From the NCBI GenBank assembly GCA_040220235.1, contig JAVJTO010000064.1: a DNA stretch of 64,000 nt; one strand, written 5' to 3'. Under the pieces are notes generated by a model. It did no database searches. It saw only the letters and a list, made by a program, of their open reading frames with translations, and was not told the DNA's origin. Made by a program: the position numbers and the translations under genes. The DNA comes from Coleofasciculus sp. B1-GNL1-01. Its GTDB lineage: Bacteria > Cyanobacteriota > Cyanobacteriia > Cyanobacteriales > Coleofasciculaceae. Shown in pieces: positions 43,617-52,846 of this stretch (positions are counted from its first letter, which is position 1; every line of letters begins with the position of its first letter).

Positions 43617-46433
43617 ATGAGCGAATTCAACCAGTCAGTGATCAGATCTGGTACGACGATCCGTGTTGGTATTTTACATTCTTTAAGCGGCACGATGGCG
43701 ATTAGCGAAGCCTCGTTAAAGGATGCAGAATTGATGGCGATCGCGGAAATTAATCAAGCGGGTGGTGTCTTAGGACATCAGATAGAACCCGTGATCGAAG
43801 ATGGCGCATCGGAATCGGCGACGTTCGCGATCAAAGCCAGAAAGTTGATTGAACAGGATCAGGTTGCCACAATCTTTGGCGGGTGGACATCGGCGAGTCG
43901 TAAAGCAGTTTTACCCATCTTAGAAGAACTCAACGCCCTGATGTGGTATCCGGTTGAATATGAAGGACTCGAATGTTCTCGCCACATTTTTTATACGGGA
44001 ATTTGTCCGAATCAACAAGTCGATCCAGCGGTGAATTGGTTGTTGAACCATAAGGGAAAACGTTTTTTTCTGATTGGATCTGATTATGTTTTTCCCCGCA
44101 CTGCAAACAAGTTAATTAAGGCGCAGCTTAAACAGCAAGGGGGGAGTTTAGCGGGGGAAGAGTATGTTCCCTTAGGAATGACCGACTTTGGTGATTTGAT
44201 CGCCAGAATCAAGCAAGCTAAACCCGATGTCGTCTTTAATACTCTGAATGGAGATAGTAATTTAGCCTTTTATCAACAGTACCAAGAAGCCGGAATCACG
44301 GCGGCGGAGATTCCCATTTTAGCCGTGAGTATTGCTGAAGAAGAACTACGGCGAATTGGCGGAAGTATCGCAACGGGTCATTATGCCAGTTGGAGTTATT
44401 TTCAGAGTATTGATACCCCAAAAAACCGCGAATTTGTCCAGAATTTTCAGGTACGTTATGGTCAAGATCGAGTCACCAGTGATCCGATTGAGTCGGCGTA
44501 TACCCAGGTTTATCTCTGGAAACAAGCCGTAGAAAAAGCGGGTGGCTTTGATGTGGAATCAGTGCGAGAAGCGGCGTATGGGCAAACCTTTGCAGCGCCG
44601 GGAGGGAAGATTCGGATTGAGACAAATAACCATGTCAGCAAACATTGCCGAATTGGGAAGATTTTGGAGGGGGGTCAATTTGAAATTGTCTTTACCAGTG
44701 TTGGACGCCTTAAACCTCAGCCTTGGTTGGGAATTGAAAAGTTAAGTAATCAGATCTCACCCGTGGTGATTGATATGCTGGCAGAGGTGTCTCAATCGAT
44801 TCAATACAACTGCCAACTGGAACAAAAGTCCCGTGAATTAGAAGCGGCGATGGCGCAACTGGTGACGACGAATGAAAAGTTACAACGCACTCAAGACCAA
44901 TTATTGCAAGCCGAAGCCCAATTTCGCCAGTTACAAGATCAAGAAAAACTGTTGAAGCGTCGCTTGTCGAGTCAAATTCGTAGTTCGTTGGAATTAGAAC
45001 AGATTTTAAAGACGGCGGTGAGTGAAATCTGTAGTTTATTGCATATCGATCGCTGTCAGTTTTTGTGGTATCATCCCAACAGTAGTCCCCCTCGCTTTGA
45101 ACCCATGGAAGTGGCAGGAGAGTTGAGTGAGAATGGGGGAGTAAAATGGAATACAGCGGACGAACTTTTACCGGATTTCCCGTCAATGATTCAGCAGCAA
45201 TCGTTGCTACGGATTGACGATATTGCTAGCGATAGTCAGCTTAAGGGTAAGACTCGCGATCGCTTCCTGGATGATGGACTGCAAGCCTTACTAATTGTCC
45301 CCCTACAAACTCGCAGCAGTAAAATTGGTGTGGTGGTTTGTGAACATTATCAGGAAAGCCGCTACTGGAGTGAACAAGAGGTTGAATTAATTGTTTCAGT
45401 AGTTGATCAACTATCGAGTGCCATTGATCAAGCCGAATTATATGCCCATAGTCGCACAACCGCCGCCTTAGCCACCGCCCAAGCAGAACAACTGAAGCAA
45501 GCGTTGCATGATTTAAAAGCCTATCAAGCGCAGTTAGTGCAGACGGAAAAAATGTCCACATTAGGGACATTAGTGGCGGGGGTAGCCCATGAAATTAATA
45601 ATCCCACCAGTTTTATTTACGGTAATCTCCACTACGCCAAAGAATACACCGAGGATTTATTAGAAATGCTGCGGTTGTATCAAGAGTATTATCCTGAACC
45701 CGCACCCGAAATTCAAGATCATGCCCAAGCGATTGAGATAGAGTTTCTGATGCAAGACTTGCCCAAAACTTTGGGTTCAATGGAGATTGGGGCAGAACGA
45801 ATTCGTCATTTGGTGTTGAGTTTGCGGAATTTCTCGCGTTTGGATCAAGCCCAAATGCAACCCATGGATATTCATGAGGGGATGGAGAGTACCTTACTTT
45901 TATTGCGGAATCGGCTAAAAGGGAATGGTCACAATCCAGAGATTGAATTAGTGAAAGAGTACGGGGAGTTACCCTTGGTTGAGTGTTATCCGTCGCAGCT
46001 TAATCAAGTGTTTATGAATCTCCTGGGTAATGCAATTGATGCGTTAGAAGAAGTTGTCGCCCGGAATGAGACAAATTTTTCGCCGATGATTCGGATTCAG
46101 TCAGAAGCACCCTCGGCAGATTATATTCGCGTAAGAATTAGTGATAATGGATCAGGGATGACGGATGATGTGAAGTTAAAGTTATTTGATCCGTTTTTTA
46201 CGACTAAGCCGATTGGGAAGGGGACAGGATTGGGACTTTCGATTAGTTATCAGATTGTCGTGGATAAACATAAGGGAATTTTGCAATGTCACTCTACTCC
46301 TGGACAAGGAACTGAGTTTATTATTGAGATTCCGGTGCGACAAAATCGTAAAGTTGCCGTGAGTCAGGAGATGAATATCCGACTGAAGGCTCAAACGTCT
46401 GAAGGGGTAACAAGCAGCTCAAAAGCTTGGTAG
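43617..46433 (+). CDS. UrtA/AmiC-type ligand-binding domain fused to GAF and histidine kinase
   Basis: VGILHSLSGTMAISE, GGWTSASRKAV, GSDYVFPRTAN; GAF with WSEQE; VAHEINNP, NQVFMNLL, DNGSG, FFTTK, GTGLGL. Confidence 0.92.
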   Translation: MSEFNQSVIRSGTTIRVGILHSLSGTMAISEASLKDAELMAIAEINQAGGVLGHQIEPVIEDGASESATFAIKARKLIEQDQVATIFGGWTSASRKAVLPILEELNALMWYPVEYEGLECSRHIFYTGICPNQQVDPAVNWLLNHKGKRFFLIGSDYVFPRTANKLIKAQLKQQGGSLAGEEYVPLGMTDFGDLIARIKQAKPDVVFNTLNGDSNLAFYQQYQEAGITAAEIPILAVSIAEEELRRIGGSIATGHYASWSYFQSIDTPKNREFVQNFQVRYGQDRVTSDPIESAYTQVYLWKQAVEKAGGFDVESVREAAYGQTFAAPGGKIRIETNNHVSKHCRIGKILEGGQFEIVFTSVGRLKPQPWLGIEKLSNQISPVVIDMLAEVSQSIQYNCQLEQKSRELEAAMAQLVTTNEKLQRTQDQLLQAEAQFRQLQDQEKLLKRRLSSQIRSSLELEQILKTAVSEICSLLHIDRCQFLWYHPNSSPPRFEPMEVAGELSENGGVKWNTADELLPDFPSMIQQQSLLRIDDIASDSQLKGKTRDRFLDDGLQALLIVPLQTRSSKIGVVVCEHYQESRYWSEQEVELIVSVVDQLSSAIDQAELYAHSRTTAALATAQAEQLKQALHDLKAYQAQLVQTEKMSTLGTLVAGVAHEINNPTSFIYGNLHYAKEYTEDLLEMLRLYQEYYPEPAPEIQDHAQAIEIEFLMQDLPKTLGSMEIGAERIRHLVLSLRNFSRLDQAQMQPMDIHEGMESTLLLLRNRLKGNGHNPEIELVKEYGELPLVECYPSQLNQVFMNLLGNAIDALEEVVARNETNFSPMIRIQSEAPSADYIRVRISDNGSGMTDDVKLKLFDPFFTTKPIGKGTGLGLSISYQIVVDKHKGILQCHSTPGQGTEFIIEIPVRQNRKVAVSQEMNIRLKAQTSEGVTSSSKAW

Positions 46434-46503
46434 ATAAAGCATTCTCCCCCTCAAATCTCAAAAAGATAAGAGCTTATTGACAGATGAAGACCACCTGATC
46501 AGA

Positions 46504-46646
46504 TATAGCAACCGCCATAGCGGTTAGGACACATCATTTATAGCCCTACGCATTGAGGTTAGGACAATAAAATTAGGTGAAAAGGCAATAGGGAATAGGC
46601 AATAGGCAACAGAGTAATGTCCTAACGTATGCCCGTAATGCTATAT
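46504..46646. mobile_element. MITE-like element (TATAGC...GTTAGGAC / GTCCTAAC...GCTATA), followed by palindrome GTAGAGACGCGCCATGGCGCGTCTCTAC
   Basis: Imperfect terminal inverted repeats seen directly; left end appears duplicated; internal GGCAATA heptamers. Confidence 0.55.
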
Positions 46647-46709
46647 GTAGAGACGCGCCATGGCGCGTCTCTACAATGGTGCTGCGAGATTGATAAACCT
46701 GAATCAATA

Positions 46710-49568
46710 CTACCTAAACTTAGGTGGAAATTCAGCGGGAGGCGGAGAATCGGCACCTGGAGGAAGCGGAGGTGAACCCCCTGGTGGTAGGGGTAGCGGT
46801 TTGGGTTCTGTTCCAGATGGTGTCGTTCCCGGTGAGGGTGAGGGTGAGGGTGAGGGGGATGTTCCCGCTTCTGCGGTAGAATCCCCTTCCGGTGGAGGTG
46901 GAGGCTCAAACGTGGGTAATCCGTTAGCTGTGTCTCCTGGCGGAGATAAGGGAGTCATTTCCACAGGTTCTGGAGGCGGTGGTTGGATGGTTTCAATGGT
47001 GACTGAACGGCTTTTTTGTTCTCCGGCTTCATTGGTAACTTGTAATGTAATTGTTTCCGTGCTTGGTTCTGGACTCAGGGGATAAGGTACTGTTCCTTCC
47101 CGTGGTACAGTACCGGGTGCAGGCAGAAGTTCAACTTTCAACTCTCTACCTCCCTCAACTTTCCAGGATAACGGTACAGGTATCGATTCATCTTCAGAAA
47201 TTTGCACCACAAATTTAGGGCGAGTTAGGGTTTCTATCCCGTTAACGGTAAACTCAACAATATCAAAGGGAACAGGTTGGGCTTCAATTTTAATCGGATC
47301 AGTTTTTTGAGCGGGTAATTCTTCCGGTTCTCCTTGTTGGGGAACCACAATTAATTCAAAAATATAGGTTCCAGGTTGACGAACACCTGTGGCAAGATTC
47401 ATACAAACTAATGCCTCATCCTGTATTTCACAGGAGTCTTGGAGGGGTTGAGGAATCCCTTGGCTAAAATCAATGGATTGCATGGGAAAGGTGACAATTC
47501 CTTCAGGATTGCGACCCACCAGTTTTAAGAGTCTGATTTGTTCGGGGTGACTAATTTTCCAATTTAGTAAAATACCCAGGTTTTCCGGTTGCGGTTGCTC
47601 TTCAGGTGAGTTATTCTCATTGGCTGTTGGACTGGCTTCTTGGTCTGCTGCTTCCGGGTTAGTCTGAATGACTTCTTGGTAAACGGGTTGAGTTGAGGCA
47701 AATTCTTCAATCTCAGGAATTGGAAACGGTGTAATTTTGACTGTATTCGTTTGTAGTTCTTCTAATTCTCCCCTCTTTTTGCCTTCAGGAATCACCGTCA
47801 GTTCAAATACATAATCTCCGGGTTCACGAGCATCAGTTGGCACATTCTGGCAATTGAGAACCTCATCGGTTGTGCAGAAACGCTCTAACTCATTGGGAAT
47901 TCCCCGGCTAAAATTGTAGGCAATTGGACCACTGGTGACCACCCCATCTGGGGATACGCCTTGTATTTTTATAGTTTGGATACGTTTGGGGTTGGTAATT
48001 TCCCAATTCAGGCGAACACTCTCCTCATCAGCCGCTGAGTAATTCTTGCCTGCTGGCGCAAATTCGATAATTTCTGGACGGGGTTTGGGTCTAAAAAAGA
48101 GAAACCACAACAGGAATATTAATGCCCCAATCAGTCCGACTATGCCTAAAATAACTAATAAAAATTGCCACCACGGACGCCCTTCCCAAATTAAGGTGCC
48201 TTGGAAGCGATTGTTAATTAGGGGAAACTGTTGCAGGTCTTCAATTTCAATAACAAAGTTTAAAACTCGCCCGTAGAAGGGTCTACGCCACCATTTCTGG
48301 CTGGGTTGCACCTCTAAATTCGCGATCGCATACCCACCGGGGGCGAGTCGAATTTGGGTGGGTATCAGGGTATAGGTACATAGATCATCGCCATCGGCAC
48401 TTTTGGCGATGAGGGCGATGTCGCGGGTAATATTGCCGCCGTTATACAGTTGTAACTCGAATACACCCGATTGATGGCTGACTTTACCCACTAGGGTGAC
48501 TAACTCGACAGTTAACAGGTAAATCGGCATTACCTGGAGGTAAATCGCATCCAGTAGCACCAAGTCAGGATTATTCAGGGAATAAAGACGCACCGTGGGG
48601 GAATAGATTGTCGCCCAGGTATCTACAGGTGGGGTGATAATGAGCTGGATTAGACCCTTTTCACCCGGATTCAACTCTAAGCCATCCATCACCCGCACCA
48701 CTCCGGTGTCGGTATAGCCTTCGGGATAAATCACCCTATACCAATTGGCGGCTAAATCCGGACAGGTTAAGCGAAATCGATCTACGCGATCCGATCGGTT
48801 GTGAACTAGAACCTGAACCTCTAAAGGTTCTCCCGGTTGCACCACAGCCGGGACGGCGGAACTTGTGATCGGGAGTAGAGAGAAGGTGGGATCATTAACC
48901 CGGATGGCTTCTTGGACAAAAGGCAAGACTTGCAGCCGTGCTTGATGCTGGATTGGCGTGTCTTCCGGGTAATGCTGCTGGGCATCAACCATCAGCAGAT
49001 AATTATAGGTACCCGGTGTCGCATCCAGTGGTATCGGAATCTGGAACACCACCTCACTACTTTGTCCTTGCCCTAACGCCAGACGTTCATAGGGAGAAAT
49101 ACACCACTGGTGCAGGAATTGGGAGGTTTCATCGATATAAATCTCAATTAAGGCACTTTGATTGCCCTCATTGGTAATCGTGACGCACAACTCAAACGTC
49201 GAACCGGGTGTAATTGGCGCATCCCCAGAGGGATTCACAATCATGGACAGAGGTTTTCCGGGAGTCAGCGCTTGCTGAATCATCTTGGAAAACTGGCTAC
49301 CTTGTCGTCTCATTTCGCTGCGGTAGTAACGGGGAATGCCTTCCACTTCCATTTCTCGGATGAAACCCTCTTGAACTAACTCATCGAGTTCTATAGCGAT
49401 CGCCTGTTCGTCTTCATTCAGGTGATCGGCAATTTCGGGTAGGGTATGCCCTTCCTCGCGACGGATAAACAGAGCAATTTGCCGTTGACGTTCCGGAAGT
49501 GCCAAGATATCAGCAATATTTATTGTTTTACCACCATTTGCCGAAGGATTGGATGGATTGCTATTCAT
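46710..49568 (-). CDS. Large hypothetical membrane-anchored protein (N-terminal wHTH-like region, Ig-like beta domains, single TM, Pro-rich tail)
   Basis: LPEIADHL..DEQAI..ELDELVQEGFI; beta-rich repeats; TM WWQFLLVILG...FLFF. Confidence 0.7.
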   Translation of the reverse strand: MNSNPSNPSANGGKTINIADILALPERQRQIALFIRREEGHTLPEIADHLNEDEQAIAIELDELVQEGFIREMEVEGIPRYYRSEMRRQGSQFSKMIQQALTPGKPLSMIVNPSGDAPITPGSTFELCVTITNEGNQSALIEIYIDETSQFLHQWCISPYERLALGQGQSSEVVFQIPIPLDATPGTYNYLLMVDAQQHYPEDTPIQHQARLQVLPFVQEAIRVNDPTFSLLPITSSAVPAVVQPGEPLEVQVLVHNRSDRVDRFRLTCPDLAANWYRVIYPEGYTDTGVVRVMDGLELNPGEKGLIQLIITPPVDTWATIYSPTVRLYSLNNPDLVLLDAIYLQVMPIYLLTVELVTLVGKVSHQSGVFELQLYNGGNITRDIALIAKSADGDDLCTYTLIPTQIRLAPGGYAIANLEVQPSQKWWRRPFYGRVLNFVIEIEDLQQFPLINNRFQGTLIWEGRPWWQFLLVILGIVGLIGALIFLLWFLFFRPKPRPEIIEFAPAGKNYSAADEESVRLNWEITNPKRIQTIKIQGVSPDGVVTSGPIAYNFSRGIPNELERFCTTDEVLNCQNVPTDAREPGDYVFELTVIPEGKKRGELEELQTNTVKITPFPIPEIEEFASTQPVYQEVIQTNPEAADQEASPTANENNSPEEQPQPENLGILLNWKISHPEQIRLLKLVGRNPEGIVTFPMQSIDFSQGIPQPLQDSCEIQDEALVCMNLATGVRQPGTYIFELIVVPQQGEPEELPAQKTDPIKIEAQPVPFDIVEFTVNGIETLTRPKFVVQISEDESIPVPLSWKVEGGRELKVELLPAPGTVPREGTVPYPLSPEPSTETITLQVTNEAGEQKSRSVTIETIQPPPPEPVEMTPLSPPGDTANGLPTFEPPPPPEGDSTAEAGTSPSPSPSPSPGTTPSGTEPKPLPLPPGGSPPLPPGADSPPPAEFPPKFR

Positions 49569-49989
49569 AGTTTCCCTTTCCCCTCTGGGTTTGACCTCAC
49601 CTCCTGCTGACTTCCAAAGGCTAAACCGATTATTTATACGTTCAGCATGGGTGGAGCGACAACTGTATTAATGTTTACAGCGTTCACTCTGACAATTAAA
49701 CCGCAAGCGAGACGGAATGTCAGCTATTGTCATCTATCCTAGGTAATTAGCCCTCAACTAAAGTTGGGGCTAAAAGCTTAAACCCGTTAAAACGGGTTCA
49801 AAGAGCTACTCAGCAAGCTCGATTCTTACTTGAACTTTAGGCGATATTCCGTTTGAGCGTGCCATTCATTCTAGGTTAGTAGTAGACACCAAGCGTGTCA
49901 GAAGCTCCCGACAGCGCTGACTACAAACTACGCGATCGCAGGTTGTCCTTAACCGATGAACAGGAAATCGCTATCCGATTACCTAGACC

Positions 49990-50042
49990 TGAACGGCTGT
50001 CGGGTTGGGGGTTTTACGGATATGGGGAGGGAGTGCGATACG
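49990..50042 (+). repeat. HIP1-terminated ~53-bp direct repeat, copy 1
   Basis: TGAACGGCTGTCGGGTTGGGGGTTTTACGGATATGGGGAGGGAGTGCGATACG. Confidence 0.85.
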
Positions 50043-50111
50043 TGCTTCGCACAGGCTTCGCGATCGCGACCTTGGCAAGCTAAAGTTAGTTGTGGATACT
50101 CAAGATAACTG

Positions 50112-50336
50112 ATGAATTACCAAGACATCATCACCTTAGAACCCGGAAAGCGTGGCGGTAAGCCCTGCATTAGAGAGATGCGAATCACGGTCTATGATAT
50201 TTTAGAATACCTCGCATCCGACATGAGCCAAGAGGAAATTCTAGAAGACTTTCCCTATCTGACTAAAACAGACATCCTCGCTTGTCTTTGGTTTGCCGCT
50301 CAACGCGAACGTCTTACCGTTACCGTTCAACCGTGA
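50112..50336 (+). CDS. DUF433 antitoxin
   Basis: PGKRGGKPCIREMRITV, ILEDFPYLT..DI.ACL. Confidence 0.92.
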   Translation: MNYQDIITLEPGKRGGKPCIREMRITVYDILEYLASDMSQEEILEDFPYLTKTDILACLWFAAQRERLTVTVQP

Positions 50337-50534
50337 AACTCCTCCTGTTTGATCAAAACCTTTCCCCTCGCCTAGTGACTCGACTAACCGATTTGTATCC
50401 CAACTCAGTGCATGTTGATACATTAGGCTTAGGAACATCTTCAGACCGGGATGTTTGGGAATATGCTCGGCTCAACGCCTTCATTATTGTTACCAAAGAT
50501 TGCCGATTTTAGTGAGTTAAGCCATACTGGGTAA
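50333..50534 (+). pseudogene. DUF5615 PIN-like toxin, frameshifted and truncated
   Basis: GTG overlapping the DUF433 stop; LLFDQNLS, D.DVWEYA, IVTKD; an extra T shifts the expected ADFSELS out of frame. Confidence 0.8.
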
Positions 50535-50558
50535 AGAACCTCACCACACTACGGCGGT

Positions 50559-51662
50559 ATGGACTTTATCGACCAAATTAAATCTATCTCTCAGCAAATC
50601 TTAAAGCTAAGAGAGCAAATTCAGACAGAAGAAGCTACCAAAAGCGCTTTCGTTATGCCTTTCATTAATGCTTTAGGGTATAACGTTTTTAACCCAATGG
50701 AGGTTTGCCCTGAATTCACGGCTGACGTACCTGGACTAAAAGGGGAAAAGGTAGATTATGCAATCATCATGGATGAAAAGCCCATCATCTTGATTGAATG
50801 TAAATGGTGTGGAGGGAGTCTAGAGAACCCTAAGCATAACTCACAGTTGCACAGATACTTTCATACAACAGAGGCAAAGTTTAGCGTTTTGACCAATGGG
50901 ATTATCTATCGGTTTTACACCGATACAGAGAAACCCAACATCATGGATGAAAAATCATTTTTTGAGTTCAACATGTTGGACTTCCACGAATCCAATATTA
51001 ATGAACTCAAGCGTTTTTCCAAATCAAGCTTTAATTCGGGTGAATTGGAAGATGTTGCCAGGAATCTTCTCTATACTAAAGAAATTAAGCGTATCATGAC
51101 AGAGCAACTGGCTGACCCATCTCCTGAATTCGTTAAGTTTTTTGCCAGTCAAGTCTATTCTGGGAGGCTGGCTGCATCGGTTATGGAAAGGTTCACAGAT
51201 ATAACCAGACGGTCACTAAAAGAATTTATTAACGAGCGCATTACAGAAAGGCTAGCGGCTGCTATTAACACACCAGAAACCTCTACACCATCAACTGAAG
51301 GGCAAGAGGTTGAATCTGAATCCTCTTCAGACGAAGGAATAGTGACCACAGAAGAAGAGTTGGAAGCTTTTCATATCGTCAAAGCGATTCTACGTGAAGT
51401 TGTAGATATTGGACGTATTGAGTACAAAGACACCAAAAGCTATTTTGGTGTTAATCTAGATGGCAAGGCAACAAAAACTATTTGCCGACTGCGGCTTTTT
51501 CCTACAAAAAAATCTATTGCCATTATTGATTCTGAAGGGAAAGAAGCCAAGAAAGTCCTCTCAAGCTTGAATGAAATTTATGGGGTTGCAGGAATATTAA
51601 AAGACAGAGCTAGATATCTAGCCCAAGATGAGACAACACAACCTGAAGTTGTTGAACAGTAA
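50559..51662 (+). CDS. Type I restriction enzyme HsdR N-terminal-like endonuclease protein
   Basis: TEEATK..FVMPFI.ALGY, EKVDYAI, LIECK, QLHRYF, LTNG..YRFY, IVTTEEE. Confidence 0.85.
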   Translation: MDFIDQIKSISQQILKLREQIQTEEATKSAFVMPFINALGYNVFNPMEVCPEFTADVPGLKGEKVDYAIIMDEKPIILIECKWCGGSLENPKHNSQLHRYFHTTEAKFSVLTNGIIYRFYTDTEKPNIMDEKSFFEFNMLDFHESNINELKRFSKSSFNSGELEDVARNLLYTKEIKRIMTEQLADPSPEFVKFFASQVYSGRLAASVMERFTDITRRSLKEFINERITERLAAAINTPETSTPSTEGQEVESESSSDEGIVTTEEELEAFHIVKAILREVVDIGRIEYKDTKSYFGVNLDGKATKTICRLRLFPTKKSIAIIDSEGKEAKKVLSSLNEIYGVAGILKDRARYLAQDETTQPEVVEQ

Positions 51663-51757
51663 CTCATGATCTGCTTTGGATAAGTCTAAACAAAAAGATC
51701 TAGATATCGAATCCGATGTAATCCATCTGTACAGCGATCGCGACTTTACTCAAAAAT

Positions 51758-51810
51758 TGAAACGCTTTCGGGTTGGGGGTTTTGCGGATATGGGGAGGGA
51801 GTGCGATCGC
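51758..51810 (+). repeat. HIP1-terminated direct repeat, copy 2
   Basis: TGAAACGCTTTCGGGTTGGGGGTTTTGCGGATATGGGGAGGGAGTGCGATCGC. Confidence 0.85.
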
Positions 51811-51900
51811 TCTCCTCCTGCTCCCTCAGCAAAAGAGGAGGTGGCACAACCGAAGAATGACAACTCTCTCCGAACTGGCACAACAAAGAGTCGGCAAAAC

Positions 51901-52227
51901 ATGAAAATCCCTGATGATGCCATCATTCCTGATACTAAATTAACTCGCTATCTCCTAGTCAAGAGAGAACAAGACGATAAATCAAACTTTTTGGCACAGG
52001 CGGGATTTACACGGGATAATCCCGACCAATTAAAATCCGCCATTCGTCAACTTGCCGATACAGTAGAAGCGGTAGAAGATAGAAGCAATGAATATGGGAC
52101 GTTCTACCGTGTCAAAGGTCAACTCATGGGTGTCAATAACACAAACTTGGAAGTAATCACAGTCTGGCTGAACCGTAAAATTGATAACCAATTCCAGTTT
52201 ATTACTTTAATTCCCAACAAGGAGTGA
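51901..52227 (+). CDS. DUF6883-like protein (putative toxin)
   Basis: ATG at 51901; AIIPDTKLTRYLL, K..FLAQAGFT, YG..Y.V.G, ITVW, FITLIP. Confidence 0.7.
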   Translation: MKIPDDAIIPDTKLTRYLLVKREQDDKSNFLAQAGFTRDNPDQLKSAIRQLADTVEAVEDRSNEYGTFYRVKGQLMGVNNTNLEVITVWLNRKIDNQFQFITLIPNKE

Positions 52228-52481
52228 CACTAGAAATGCTTGAACTTTACCAGCGCGTTGTCCTATCTCGCAACCTACCAGAACATCACCTGCAAAAAGG
52301 CGATGTTCTCACTCTGATTGATTATGTGCCTCACCCTAGCGGTGGCGAAGATGGCTATATTTTGGAAGTTTTCAATGCTGTGGGTGAATCGATTAATGTA
52401 ATTGCTGTGCCGATGGGAGCAGTTCAAGCCTTGAAAAATAATGAAATCCTCACTGTTCGTTCTTTAGCTGAGGCGAGTTAG
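52224..52481 (+). CDS. DUF4926 protein (putative antitoxin)
   Basis: LYQRVVL.RNLPEH.LQKGD, GYILEVFNA.GESI.V; overlaps the upstream stop. Confidence 0.8.
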   Translation: MTLEMLELYQRVVLSRNLPEHHLQKGDVLTLIDYVPHPSGGEDGYILEVFNAVGESINVIAVPMGAVQALKNNEILTVRSLAEAS

Positions 52482-52673
52482 TAAAACTTAAACCTGCTCT
52501 CGCGCTAACCATGCAGCAGACAGCAATGACTGTTGAATATCTTCGGGTTCCAAATAGGGATAATCTTCGATTATTTCCCCCACTGTTTTACCATTTGCCA
52601 CTAAATTTAAAACTAATGAAACCGGAACTCGCATTCCCCGAATACAGGCTTACCCGCTACTTTAACCGAAACC

Positions 52674-52725
52674 TGAAACGTTGTCGGGTTGGGGGTTTTG
52701 CGGGTTTGGGAGGGAGTGCGATCGC
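52674..52725 (+). repeat. HIP1-terminated direct repeat, copy 3
   Basis: TGAAACGTTGTCGGGTTGGGGGTTTTGCGGGTTTGGGAGGGAGTGCGATCGC. Confidence 0.85.
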
Positions 52726-52846
52726 TCTTTTCATGAGCAGTCGCCTAAAAGTTCTAGGGGAAACAGGCGAGACGCGATCGCAAATCTCACCTCAACCCAG
52801 CCAATCACATCCCTAATCTGAGTTCTAGCTTGGTAAGAAAATGGCT

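Noticed and set aside
46622..47085. Gly-rich and His-Pro-rich ORFs
   Set aside because: Antisense or alternate-frame readings of the Pro-rich tail of 46710..49568
51676..51900. N-terminal extension of the 183-aa ORF, and ORFs 49895..50083 and 52511..52816
   Set aside because: They read through the non-coding G-rich repeat; the plausible start is ATG 51901
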